IMG/VR virus record: IMGVR_UViG_3300030108_005444
Coordinates: 1 to 64,000 of that record
Source of the DNA: a virus
Length of the DNA: 64,000 bases
Strand: one strand, 5' to 3'
Part shown: positions 11,901-20,713 of the stretch, one piece after another
Layout of the letters: the number at the start of each line of letters is the position of its first letter
How positions within the stretch are numbered: the first letter of the stretch is position 1
Program-made: the position numbers and the translations under genes
Notes under the pieces: generated by a model
What the model saw: the letters and a program-made list of their open reading frames with translations, nothing else
Database searches by the model: none
Told to the model about the DNA's origin: nothing

Positions 11901-14900
11901 TAACGATAGGAAGTTTACAATAAGTTTTGACAAGACACTTGATTCAACTAATGATATTGGTGATATCTTTAGATGGCAGACTGTAAGGATTGATAGTATG
12001 AATCAAATCAATACTATTGAGCCGGCAAAAGGATTCAACGCTGGGGATTATGTATATGTTGATAATGATTATAAAAATGGAAATGGAACTTGGGCCATCT
12101 ATCAAAAACAACAAAAAAGTCAATATGAACGAAATACTGATGACTCTTTTTCACAAGTTTTAAGTGCCAACGGTGAAGCAGGTTCAGACATCATTGTTAA
12201 CGACACAGGCACTGTGGCCGCTATAGGCGTTCCTGGCGCAAACAAAGTTTTTGTTTATTATAGATCATCCAGAGATAAAAGTTTTACACTAAGAAACGAA
12301 GTTGAACTAGACATTGGCAACACAGCAAATGACGATTTATTTGGAAAAAATATCACCGCAACCACAGATGGTGACAGAATTTTTTCTTCTGCCCAAGCAA
12401 CAGGCGATATAGTAAAACTAACACTATCCACTACCCCAAGAATCTTTGTAAGGGGAGCAACAATTACTGGCGCAACTTCGGGAGCAACAGGAAAAATATT
12501 ACATGCTGATGCTGATCTTGATGTAATATATGTTAAAAACACAGGAATAACCAATTTTGAAGAAGAAGACTTAGATTCTGGAGATTCATCGTCGATAGTG
12601 ACCGTGACAAAGGTACAAGGGTCTGACGCAACAAATCAAGGAACAGTATGTTGGATAAATGTGGATGCTAGAATCAATTACGCAATAACACAAAATATTC
12701 TTCCGCCTGAAGTTAACAACGGTGGAGAATTTGGCTTTGACTTGTCTGTGTCTGGAGATGGAACATGGCTCATTGTTGGCCAACCTGGTGGTCCAACCGA
12801 TTCAGTTGGCGATGATAGGGGTACAGTGCATGTTTTCAAATATGCGGCAGACGGATCAAGTGCTAGATACGATCATGTCCAGACATTAGTTCCTGACAGT
12901 GAATCACAAGTTGGCTCAAGGTTCGGAGCATCAGTGTCTATTTCTAAAGATGGAAATACAATAGCAGTTGGTTCGCCAAAAGCAAACAATGATAGCACTA
13001 CTACTGACGATGGCGCTGTCTTTATATTCCGTTTGATAGGAAATACTTTTAATGAACAGGAAAAATTACGACCAACAAGTTTCGACACTGAAAAATTTGG
13101 CACTGCCATAAAATTATCAGAGGATGGAACAGATTTATTTGTGGGTGCGCCTTTTTATACAGGGACTCTTGTGGATCAAGGCTGTGTTTATCATTACAGG
13201 TTAAATCAGAATAGTTTCATTGGTGATGGAAGCACCACCTCATTTACAACTGATTTTGATATTGATCAGTCTGTCAAAATTGGTGTAGTTGATGGTGCTT
13301 TGAATGTGGTTCAAAATAACGATGGTTCAACAGTACCATATTTTATTGCGAGCGGATCAAGGGGAATTGAATTTTCAGCGGCACCCGATTCTGGAAATAG
13401 AATTACAGTAAGCCAATACAGCATAGTTGAACAACTTGTTTCAAGCAACCCTCAGAATAGTCAAAACTTTGGAAATAATATTGAATACAATGACGATACA
13501 CTCGTTGTTCAGGCTGTACAAGGCGATCAAAAAATTACTACAAGTTTTGATTTATATCTTGATGACGGAAGCACAATACAACAAAATGACACTACATTCG
13601 ACAATGAGTCAACTAGATTCGTAACTACTAAATTAGATGTTGGCCAAGTTTTTGTATTTTCTAAGTTCGAAAAGAATTATGCTCAAGAGCAGTCGCTGAC
13701 AATAAATGATTTACAAAAAGGTAGTAGATTCGGTGATGCCATAGCAATATCTGGCCTTGAACTTTTTGTTACTGCTTCGCAACAAGACACAACTTTTGAA
13801 CAAAGTGGACAAATTTATAGTTTTAACAAGGCAAATAATAACACTGGATATGCATTAATAAATTCACAACCAAATGTTATAGAGGTGGATAAGATTAATA
13901 AGTCTTTTGTTTACAACAACAAAACAAAAAAACTTCTTACTACAATGCCTATTATAGATCCATCTAAAGGAAGATTGTTTCCAGAAGTAGAAAAAAATAT
14001 TGATTTTAAAACGCCTTATGATCCTGCCGACTATAACAGTTGGGGATCAAAACAATTAGGACAGGTTTGGTTAAATTTATCAAAATTAAAATTTGCTTGG
14101 TATGAACAAGGTAACATAGAAACAAGATTACGAAATTGGGGCAAACTACATCCATCTTCTGTTGTAGAAGCAAAAGAATGGGTTCAGTCAAAACTTACAC
14201 CAACACAATGGAATGTTTCAAGTATTACAAACGAAGGACAGTCAGAAGGCATTACAGGCGTAGCAGAAGATAATTTTGTTACTAAGAGAGTTTTTAATTC
14301 AACAAAAGGTATATTTGAAAATGTATATTTTTATTGGGTAACCAATCCAACCGTTCTTCCTAGCTCAAATAACAGAACAGTGTCAGCCAATCAGATAGCA
14401 CAGTCATTGGTATCACCTAAGTCCTTTTCAACAAATTTCGCCGTTGTGTTAAACAATAATTCCATAGGGATATCAATTGATAACAATTTGCTAGAAGCAC
14501 AAGACACAATATATCATATTGAAAACACCACTGACAAAAATCAATTATCAAAGCACGTTGAACATGTAATGATAGCTAAAAATGATCCTTCATCAGTCAT
14601 CCCTACAAAATTATCAGATAAACTGTTTGACAGTCTGATCGGATTTGACAAATCAGGTAATCCAGTTCCAGATCCTACTTTGCCCGAAAGCATGAAATAC
14701 GGTTCTCTTGATCGACCAAGGCAAGGATGGTTCAAAAATAGAATTAACACACTTGAAGTAATTACAAAATTTATAAATTCAAAATTATTATTACGTCCAT
14801 ATTCTACGCTTAAGGATTTTACAAATTTTAATTTAATTGATCCTATTCCAAGTTTAAAATTAGGTGAATATGATATAGAAGTAGATACCGAACTAGAATT

Positions 14901-17900
14901 AGATTATATTAACACAGAATCGTTTTTATCTGGAGTAAAAGTTTTAGTTTTAAACGACTCTACTGCTAATAACAGATGGTCGCTTTACACATATCTTGGC
15001 ACTGACAAGGGATATGAAAGAACAAAAACACAAACTTTTGACACAACACTATTTTGGAAATATATTGATTGGTATGCTAGTGGCTATGATAGTGGCACTG
15101 TGCCTGACATTGTAGTTGAAAATGAAAAAGACAAAAATGTAGCCCAATATACTCCTGGTCAAATTGTAAAAGTAAAAAGTTCATATGATGGGAATTTTAG
15201 AATTTATCTTGTTGGATCTACCAGTTTAGAAACAATTGCTATAGAAAAAGGCACCATAGAACTTGCAGATTCTCTATACAATTATGTTGACAACCAAGTT
15301 GGATTTGGAGCTGATGCTTATGATGACAATCTATTTGACGAAGAAGCAGTTGAAGAACTTAGAAACATTCTAAATGGCATACTAGATTGGTCAATTGATG
15401 AAGATGCTGTCCTATTCAATGAATTATTTTTCTTAGCAACAAGAATAGCACAAGTCGAGCAAAAAGATATTGATTGGGTGTTTAAATCATCATTTGTTAA
15501 GTTGATAAATTCTTATTCAAGTTTGGAGCAATTGAGAGAATATCAAATAAACACAACAGAATCTGTATCTGAATTTCTAAGAGAAATTTTGCCTTTCAAG
15601 TCCACAGTAAGAGAGGAAGTAACAGCTTATGAAAATATTGATACATTTGCTGGCGATGTGACAGACTTCGACAACAAATCTTACTATGACAAAGACAACA
15701 AACAATATGTTTCACCTTATGTTGACTATGATGATAGCACATATTTTAGTGTGTACAATGACAATCCTTGGAAATTATATTCTGAAAACTACAAATATAC
15801 AATAGGCAAAATTGTTGTAGATATACCAGGAGTTGGATACACAGAGCCGCCAGTGGTTAGTATCACAGGAGGTGGAGGCAGTGGAGCTCAAGCAACAGCA
15901 GTATTAGGCAATGGAGAAGTTACTGCCATTAACCTGACAAACGCTGGAAGTGGGTATATTACAACTCCAACAGTAACTTTGATAGGGGGAGGTGGATCTA
16001 GTGTAACCACCGAAGCGAAAGCCCATGCTGAAATAGAAAATAAAAAAGTAAGGACACTTGATACTCAACTTAAATTTGATAGAACAGATACACTACACAA
16101 GATTAGCAATGCAACAATCAAAACATGGTCACAATTCACCTCATATGTAACAGGAGACAACATAAGATATCTAGATGAAATATACAGAGTTACTGAACCA
16201 TTTACAAGTGGTAAGACATTTGATTCAGATGTAACTTTATCAGATTCATCAAGTATTTCAAGCACAGCTCCATTAAAAGTTTGGACAGCGGCTGATAGAA
16301 TTCATGCTTATTATTCCCCTACAGCAGGAATGGCAGGACTAATCGGTGATGGCTCTACAACATTCAATGCCTACTCACAGTTGATGTCTGGCATAGAATA
16401 CAAAGGAGTAAAAGTCCAAGGAAATACTTTTTTCTCAAGTGAGGGTTATGATGTTGCTTATTATGATCAAACACTTTATGATGCGACAGCAGATGCGCCA
16501 ATAACAAATCCAGCTGCCATACCTAATTTAGATCAAATTTTAGACTCAAAAACATTCACCACTGACTTAGGCAAACGAGCTGAGGACGTAAATGTAGTTG
16601 GTGATGCATTTATATCAGAATATTCTGCTCATGCTCCTGATGAAGTGTTACCAGGTGGTGTATATGACACAATGGATATGAAAGTATTCACAAAAGCGAC
16701 TGATGGAGCTTCTATAATAGCAAGTAAAGTGTACAAAGGAGACGGATCAACCACCATATTTGCCACTCCTGATTTAGGCGCACTGGATGGATTAAGAGTT
16801 TTTGTTGACAACCAGTATAAAAAAAGCGGCGTTGATTACACATTAGACTATGGATCCAAACAGATTGTTTTTACAACAGCTCCAATTAATAAATCATTAA
16901 TTAATATTAAATCAATCAGGGTGTCACTAGATAATTTGTTAGGCACTTTCAAATTCGATGGTGATGGCACAACATTGGTTTTTAATATTCCAGTAGTGTT
17001 TAGTGTAATTACTCAATCTTATATCTTGGTCGATGGTGTAAGAAATACAACAGCTACACTTTCAGCTAATGGAAAATCTACAGATATCACATTTACTTCA
17101 GCACCAGCATCAACATCTAAAATAGAAATATTTGTGTTTGATTTACCAAGTGGAACAAAAGCCTTTGGCGAAGTAATAACAACTCAATACAATGACTTTG
17201 ATGATAGCACAGCAATTGAACTTGATCCCCGTGCTTTTATACTTGGGCCACACCATCATAGAGTCCTTGTAGAAGGAGTTGCCCATGATGGAACTAATAG
17301 ATATAAATTAAATCCGCCCCAAGTGGCATATTATACAGGAGATGATTCTACTTTTGCTTTCAGTGTGCCGGACAATCCAATATCTTCTACATTAGCTAAC
17401 GAAACAAATATTGAGGTTTGGAAAAATGGATTGTTGCTAGATGCGGGAGATTACACGGTCTCTTTCGATATTTCCAATAAAGGTGTAGTAAATTTAGCTA
17501 CAGTTCCAACTGCTGAGGATGGTATTGCTGTTGTCTTTAAATTAGGGCATGACTATGAAGTATCTGGCAGTGGGCAATTAACATTAGTAGGCGATTGGAG
17601 TGACGGATCAACCTTAAACAACGACACACTATTTGTAACAACTTTTTCAAACCACGACAAGATGGGACTACGCACAGAATTATTCTCAGGAGCCTCTGGT
17701 AGATTTAGAGGTGACACCCAGGATTTTGGCCTAATCACAGCATCAGTTGACTTGGTAGTGGATCGAGGAGACTTAGGGGTTGTAGACACAGCCAGCGAAG
17801 ATTTTGGTTCGATTGGAGAGGGAATATTTTCAATTGACAACCCTATTTCAACATTTACTTTGGCAGCGACACCATTGAATAGTGACTATACATTTGTGAC

Positions 17901-18693
17901 AATCAATAAAGAATACATTTTAGCAAATCATGATTATAGATTAGAAGGCAATAAAATTTTCATTCCTAAAAGAGTCTTGTCCTTGACTGATGTGATTTCT
18001 GTGACATATGTTTCTGCCACTGTAACTCAGCCATCAATAGCATATAGAATTTTTAAAGACATCATCAATAGATATCATTATAGAAGAATTAGTTTAACAC
18101 ACAGTGCCAAGTTAAGTTTTGATATTTCAAAAGACACATCAATTATTGAAGTTACTGACGGAACTGTATTACCCGAACCTTCACCTAGCACAAATACTCC
18201 TGGAGTAGTGTATATAAATCAAGAAAGGATTGCGTATTTTTCAAAAGTTGGAAATGTGCTCAGTCAAATCACCAGAGGCACATTAGGCACGCCTATACAA
18301 AATCACTCAAAATTTGATTTTGTAGTCGATGCTTCCTTGGTACAGGATATTCCATATACTGACACAACGACCACTGTAACCAAAACTGGCGATGGAAGCA
18401 CTGTTAATTTTGATCTTGGATTTGTTCCATCGTCAAAAGATCAAATTTCAGTTTTCGTTGGAGGCACAAGATCATTTGATTTCGAACTTGGAGTAGACTC
18501 AAGTGGCGCAATTACATTTACAACAGCTCCTAGTGACGGAGTTGCTATAGAAATAATTAGAAAAACTGGGACAGTTTGGTACGACCAGGGAACATCCACC
18601 GCTGCCAACGGACTTGGACTTCAAGCGGCTACAGGAGTGCAGGTTAAATTTTTACAAGAACATCCGACGAGTTTATTTTTAATAACAAATTAA
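5914..18693 (+). CDS. Giant (4259 aa) multidomain baseplate/tail structural protein
   Basis: 12.8 kb ORF coupled to gp6 by TAATG. Contains a cupredoxin-like motif, CBM5/12-like W-x4-Y-x2-G repeats, FG-GAP-like repeats, GxGY repeats and GDGSTTxF repeats. Confidence 0.8.
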   Translation: MSKSSRSSSSLLPGIFQTEKNKRFISSTIDQLIEPTVLDRLNAYVGQRYRPSYRTNDLFLDESSSDRQNYQLEPTVIYKTDGENIDFATTYIDTVNKIQADGGSTSSHASLWKQTHYSYQPPINIDKLSNYRQYYWLENDLPNITSRLGTPGSEVTFSVTNNAFGGYQFTHKSQSNPDIIVYKGNTYNFDINALGHPFHIKTKLGTGTDNQFEDYVTNNGTDNGTVTLKVPASDSSSQVETVLFYQCQYHAAMHGRIIIKDLADEKFDVTENIVGCKKYTDPTGLVFSNGMNISLLDDVEGTYANSTFHVTGVGEYITLTEKDNFVVYESFATTTGNLFDESGTTGFDTVGFDQTTGQSSKPDYWTISRGSRDLNAWSRSNRWVHADVIKTAADKNNVEIKLSEDIRAKRPIVEFVAGIELYNHGIDGQVVDVIDTSITDALSKIQGSLGFIADGTSLKKGDKVIFLNDPDVNNKVFTVDFVTIGDSTQLLQLYLIDDSTTLASGTSIVSKRGDTKGVTYHYDGSTWKASQSKTKIQQKPLFDIFDKEHVSLSDNSKYISSNFTGTTLFEVATDSQGTPDTVYGTTVLYDSVGLINNLKFNDTYNSESFSYVDNGVLQTQSIRQYHFHIRRPLDLKFSARNNWITCSISNPQKIIQLYQPQTDQVDFIVDHYNNAYQLSDLEIQVFVDGVRTSDYTTVTKGTKLFVRLSDPKNDSVISIKCFSTAGTPSGTGFFEVPLGLQRNPLNDNITSMTLGDIIKHYSLATDEHPDFVGTAIGSNNSRDISGLLSYGTLIMQHEGNDALASILARDEVLNLTKAIRFVGRSYDQIKNSIIQNANSVIDPGNTADYLDLILTNINQNKNSTMPFFASDMLQYSNDKNILEYTVVDGTIKNYPMSSAFNLNTLTSKAVYVYINNNQISFSQDYKFISADDSTAMDGINISASLSVGDKIKIVEYDNTNGNYIPPTPAKLGLAPKFVPEKFLDDSYVTTQNVIRGHDGSITIAYDDFRDDLLLEFEKRIYNNIKIEYDYNIEIDYGYFRNNEYTKAETNRVFAKDFYTWSGKNAVDYTTNEFYDKAEPFTYNWSQYRNSIDNKRLTGHWRAIYKEWYDTDTPHLTPWQMFGFSVKPDWWDTRYGEAPYTSGNALLWNDVENGFISQGTRAGYNKYYARPGVSTVIPVNEAGQLLAPDNAGIIGQSTILERRQGDNWLYGDEGPPETAWRRSSSYRYAEQCAKFLLKPSLYAGTMFDVSRVSTNAVGQKTYNNLYRTKISDYILPNGGNLTAGYINLIYDYLTHLGHTPTSYIANRFAHISTQLSYKLGGFSNKENLKVVLGAVSPASTNRSIFIPEENYNLLLYKSAPVKAINYSGVIVQNDSNGYKLSGYANFDRTFTYYKPKQFSDFDLIRIGATTESFTFWQPNTFYTAGSVVKEGNIFYRAASNITSGSQFSSNNWSEIGTVLPLKGGTSVKRYKNYDAVATKIPYGTKFNDAQSVADFLYGYDRYLQQEGFVFDGYTVELEQPTDWDLSVREFLFWSQQQWSDSAVITLSPAAQQIKFVLENTIGDDITDNEQYYSLLQQDGLPINPNDFTTKRDNGEFTISTNPDTDGIYNIEIRAVQKEHLLIVDNITRFSNVVFDEKLGNRQDRIKLIGFRTANWNGDYYSPGFVVDRAVVSTWTANNDYRIGDVVIHQTKYYTAIKTHTSGDNFDATFWKEKQQPVADLLPNWDNKAESFRDFYSLDTENFDADQQRYAQHLIGYQQRSYFDNLGLDELTQYKFYQGMIRDKGTISPIQKFVSAPQNNQTVSYELFEEYGFRVGDYGGHRTQIEHEFIINEQTHREQQLAYEVTSTTKNDEGSIINVSQTDLVKRPTVFSTVLFDTFTYNTTNTIDSIFKFPVAGYVPPGATNYAVFNEEDIVNLDNTDFKEGSTVWIANTPKNDWDVRRLNSLGVFVKEYKSFDKKLQITTSEPHNLNTDDYIAIISVNDSVNGTYQVIEDDSTDNDRKFTISFDKTLDSTNDIGDIFRWQTVRIDSMNQINTIEPAKGFNAGDYVYVDNDYKNGNGTWAIYQKQQKSQYERNTDDSFSQVLSANGEAGSDIIVNDTGTVAAIGVPGANKVFVYYRSSRDKSFTLRNEVELDIGNTANDDLFGKNITATTDGDRIFSSAQATGDIVKLTLSTTPRIFVRGATITGATSGATGKILHADADLDVIYVKNTGITNFEEEDLDSGDSSSIVTVTKVQGSDATNQGTVCWINVDARINYAITQNILPPEVNNGGEFGFDLSVSGDGTWLIVGQPGGPTDSVGDDRGTVHVFKYAADGSSARYDHVQTLVPDSESQVGSRFGASVSISKDGNTIAVGSPKANNDSTTTDDGAVFIFRLIGNTFNEQEKLRPTSFDTEKFGTAIKLSEDGTDLFVGAPFYTGTLVDQGCVYHYRLNQNSFIGDGSTTSFTTDFDIDQSVKIGVVDGALNVVQNNDGSTVPYFIASGSRGIEFSAAPDSGNRITVSQYSIVEQLVSSNPQNSQNFGNNIEYNDDTLVVQAVQGDQKITTSFDLYLDDGSTIQQNDTTFDNESTRFVTTKLDVGQVFVFSKFEKNYAQEQSLTINDLQKGSRFGDAIAISGLELFVTASQQDTTFEQSGQIYSFNKANNNTGYALINSQPNVIEVDKINKSFVYNNKTKKLLTTMPIIDPSKGRLFPEVEKNIDFKTPYDPADYNSWGSKQLGQVWLNLSKLKFAWYEQGNIETRLRNWGKLHPSSVVEAKEWVQSKLTPTQWNVSSITNEGQSEGITGVAEDNFVTKRVFNSTKGIFENVYFYWVTNPTVLPSSNNRTVSANQIAQSLVSPKSFSTNFAVVLNNNSIGISIDNNLLEAQDTIYHIENTTDKNQLSKHVEHVMIAKNDPSSVIPTKLSDKLFDSLIGFDKSGNPVPDPTLPESMKYGSLDRPRQGWFKNRINTLEVITKFINSKLLLRPYSTLKDFTNFNLIDPIPSLKLGEYDIEVDTELELDYINTESFLSGVKVLVLNDSTANNRWSLYTYLGTDKGYERTKTQTFDTTLFWKYIDWYASGYDSGTVPDIVVENEKDKNVAQYTPGQIVKVKSSYDGNFRIYLVGSTSLETIAIEKGTIELADSLYNYVDNQVGFGADAYDDNLFDEEAVEELRNILNGILDWSIDEDAVLFNELFFLATRIAQVEQKDIDWVFKSSFVKLINSYSSLEQLREYQINTTESVSEFLREILPFKSTVREEVTAYENIDTFAGDVTDFDNKSYYDKDNKQYVSPYVDYDDSTYFSVYNDNPWKLYSENYKYTIGKIVVDIPGVGYTEPPVVSITGGGGSGAQATAVLGNGEVTAINLTNAGSGYITTPTVTLIGGGGSSVTTEAKAHAEIENKKVRTLDTQLKFDRTDTLHKISNATIKTWSQFTSYVTGDNIRYLDEIYRVTEPFTSGKTFDSDVTLSDSSSISSTAPLKVWTAADRIHAYYSPTAGMAGLIGDGSTTFNAYSQLMSGIEYKGVKVQGNTFFSSEGYDVAYYDQTLYDATADAPITNPAAIPNLDQILDSKTFTTDLGKRAEDVNVVGDAFISEYSAHAPDEVLPGGVYDTMDMKVFTKATDGASIIASKVYKGDGSTTIFATPDLGALDGLRVFVDNQYKKSGVDYTLDYGSKQIVFTTAPINKSLINIKSIRVSLDNLLGTFKFDGDGTTLVFNIPVVFSVITQSYILVDGVRNTTATLSANGKSTDITFTSAPASTSKIEIFVFDLPSGTKAFGEVITTQYNDFDDSTAIELDPRAFILGPHHHRVLVEGVAHDGTNRYKLNPPQVAYYTGDDSTFAFSVPDNPISSTLANETNIEVWKNGLLLDAGDYTVSFDISNKGVVNLATVPTAEDGIAVVFKLGHDYEVSGSGQLTLVGDWSDGSTLNNDTLFVTTFSNHDKMGLRTELFSGASGRFRGDTQDFGLITASVDLVVDRGDLGVVDTASEDFGSIGEGIFSIDNPISTFTLAATPLNSDYTFVTINKEYILANHDYRLEGNKIFIPKRVLSLTDVISVTYVSATVTQPSIAYRIFKDIINRYHYRRISLTHSAKLSFDISKDTSIIEVTDGTVLPEPSPSTNTPGVVYINQERIAYFSKVGNVLSQITRGTLGTPIQNHSKFDFVVDASLVQDIPYTDTTTTVTKTGDGSTVNFDLGFVPSSKDQISVFVGGTRSFDFELGVDSSGAITFTTAPSDGVAIEIIRKTGTVWYDQGTSTAANGLGLQAATGVQVKFLQEHPTSLFLITN

Positions 18694-19992
18694 TTATATT
18701 TTGATTGTAATTAATCTTGGATGTGTATCAGCATCATTAACTAAAGATCGACCGATAACACAGATAGGATTAGGATCTTCTGATACAACAGCATGTCCAG
18801 GAGTTGATGATGTTACTAGGGCATCACCTTTGTTTACTGATCCAACAACTTTACATTGTACCTTACCTTTAAGTGCTATAGCAGGCCCATCTTCATGTTG
18901 ATTCATTAGAAATGCCCACTTCTCACTCACAACGCCAGCAACCTTTGGATCATTCTGTTGTGAAGATTCAGTTATTTCCGCACTTCCACCAATGACCATT
19001 ACATGTCCTTCAGAATACACCGCATCAGTTGTATATCTTTCTGCCAAGTCAGCATATTGTGCCGCTGATGCTGTAGTAGATAAAACGTTTGTTGATGGAT
19101 TATAAGTTAGATCTGTGTCTGTTTCGATGCCTTGTGTGCCTGTGGCTCCATCGACAAAAGTTATAAACACACTTTCGTTTGCTGTATTGTTTGCTGATAC
19201 AGTTACATTAGTTGCTTCTGTGGCAGTGGTGGCATTTCCATTAAAGCCACCTGCTGAAGTAACAGCACCTGATATGTTAACAGCATCCGCAATTTGTATT
19301 GCTGATGAGTCTGACGAACTAATTGTGTTTACGTCAATTGATTTGTTGAGCGCAAAAGTCACGCCTGTTCCAGCCACAGTTGCGGTAATGCTGTTGCCTG
19401 ACCTGAATTCTAGATCGTTTGTCTCTAATAAAACTGATCCCGCATTTGATGATGAATCACTAAAATTAAGTGTATCGTGTGCACCAACTTCAGCATCTAC
19501 ATATGCTTTAATAGACTGTTGAGTTGCCAAAGCAGTTGCACTATTACTACCCATTGCGTCTTCATCTAAAATAGTTGACACAGCAACACCACCATCAAAG
19601 GACAAGTTGCCTGTAATAATTAAACCATCGTTTACTGTGACAGAAGTAGAATCTGTTGATGAAATGGTATCTACATCTATTGCTTTATCAAGTGTTACTA
19701 CAACTGTGCCTGCAGAATCTGATGATGTTGTAATACTGTTTGATCCAGTAATACGTAATGTGCCTGTGCCATCAGCGGTCACAGGAACTCCGGCACTGTC
19801 ATCTGCTGATACAGTAAAAGCAAAGGAGCTTGGAATCTCACTAAATTTAGCAATTCTTATTCCTCCTGCTGTGCTACCATCGTGCACTCTCATTGTATTG
19901 AGATCAGTGTCTACGGTTACTTCGCCTATCGCACCAGTAAATGTCGAATGTTGGGAAGTTGTTCCTCTTCGTAATTGTACTTGAGTTGTCAT
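18694..19992 (-). CDS. Tail fibre-like protein with Mtd-type N-terminus and C-terminal intramolecular-chaperone (peptidase G2-like) domain
   Basis: MTTQVQLRRGT...GEVTVDTD...VHDGSTAGG N-terminus; C-terminal YADLAERY...GVVS...ALKGKVQCKVVG..KGD.LV...IGRSL. Confidence 0.75.
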   Translation of the reverse strand: MTTQVQLRRGTTSQHSTFTGAIGEVTVDTDLNTMRVHDGSTAGGIRIAKFSEIPSSFAFTVSADDSAGVPVTADGTGTLRITGSNSITTSSDSAGTVVVTLDKAIDVDTISSTDSTSVTVNDGLIITGNLSFDGGVAVSTILDEDAMGSNSATALATQQSIKAYVDAEVGAHDTLNFSDSSSNAGSVLLETNDLEFRSGNSITATVAGTGVTFALNKSIDVNTISSSDSSAIQIADAVNISGAVTSAGGFNGNATTATEATNVTVSANNTANESVFITFVDGATGTQGIETDTDLTYNPSTNVLSTTASAAQYADLAERYTTDAVYSEGHVMVIGGSAEITESSQQNDPKVAGVVSEKWAFLMNQHEDGPAIALKGKVQCKVVGSVNKGDALVTSSTPGHAVVSEDPNPICVIGRSLVNDADTHPRLITIKI

Positions 19993-19998
19993 GCGTTG

Positions 19999-20046
19999 TA
20001 TTTATGTGGACCAAAAACACACTGCTATAATTTTCGTATATAAATA
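19999..20046. promoter_or_regulatory. Back-to-back divergent late promoters
   Basis: Minus strand TAAATA at 20004-19999, 6 nt before ATG 19992; plus strand TATAAATA ending 20046, 6 nt before ATG 20053. Confidence 0.7.
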
Positions 20047-20052
20047 CACAGC

Positions 20053-20697
20053 ATGGCAGATTCAAACAGTTCAGATCAATCAACAATTAAACCAGACGAA
20101 CAACAGGGTTTAGATATTCAAGGTCATATCAAGATTTTTGATCCTGAATCAGGGCAGGTTTATGTTGATAAAAACAATGCCATACACTATGAAAATTTTT
20201 CAGAAGCACTAGCAAAATCCATAGCAAATAGATCCACAGGATTTATTGAAGAAATGCACTTTGGCAACGGCGGAACATCAGTTGATAACACTGGAATCAT
20301 CACATATTTGACTCCAAACACCACTGGAGACAATGCCAATCTATACAATAGAACATATTATAAAAGTGTAAATGATAATTCGTCGCTTAATACAGATACA
20401 ACGAGAAATAAAATATCAATATTTCATACAAATGGCACAACATTCACAGATTTAGTTGTAACTGCTTTGTTAGATTTTGGCGAACCAGCTGGCCAGGCGG
20501 CATTCGATAATACAACAACAATTAATGACACCTTTACATTTGATGAACTAGGACTGTTTTCATGGGAAGGCACAGCTGGAGCAGGCAATTTGCTTACACA
20601 TGTAATATTCCATCCAGTACAAAAGTCCTTAAATAGACTTATTCAAATAGATTACACAATAAGGATCCAAAGTTTAACAAACTTTGTAGACAGTTAA
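20053..20697 (+). CDS. Putative virion structural protein (tail/baseplate associated)
   Basis: IQGHIKIFDP, NAIHYENFS, LDFGEP, FDELGL, THVIFHPVQKSLNR; late promoter; sits among fibre genes. Confidence 0.65.
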   Translation: MADSNSSDQSTIKPDEQQGLDIQGHIKIFDPESGQVYVDKNNAIHYENFSEALAKSIANRSTGFIEEMHFGNGGTSVDNTGIITYLTPNTTGDNANLYNRTYYKSVNDNSSLNTDTTRNKISIFHTNGTTFTDLVVTALLDFGEPAGQAAFDNTTTINDTFTFDELGLFSWEGTAGAGNLLTHVIFHPVQKSLNRLIQIDYTIRIQSLTNFVDS

Positions 20698-20701
20698 GAA
20701 G

Positions 20702-20707
20702 TAAATA
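20702..20707 (+). promoter_or_regulatory. Putative late promoter TAAATA
   Basis: 6 nt before ATG 20714. Confidence 0.6.
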
Positions 20708-20713
20708 TAAAAA

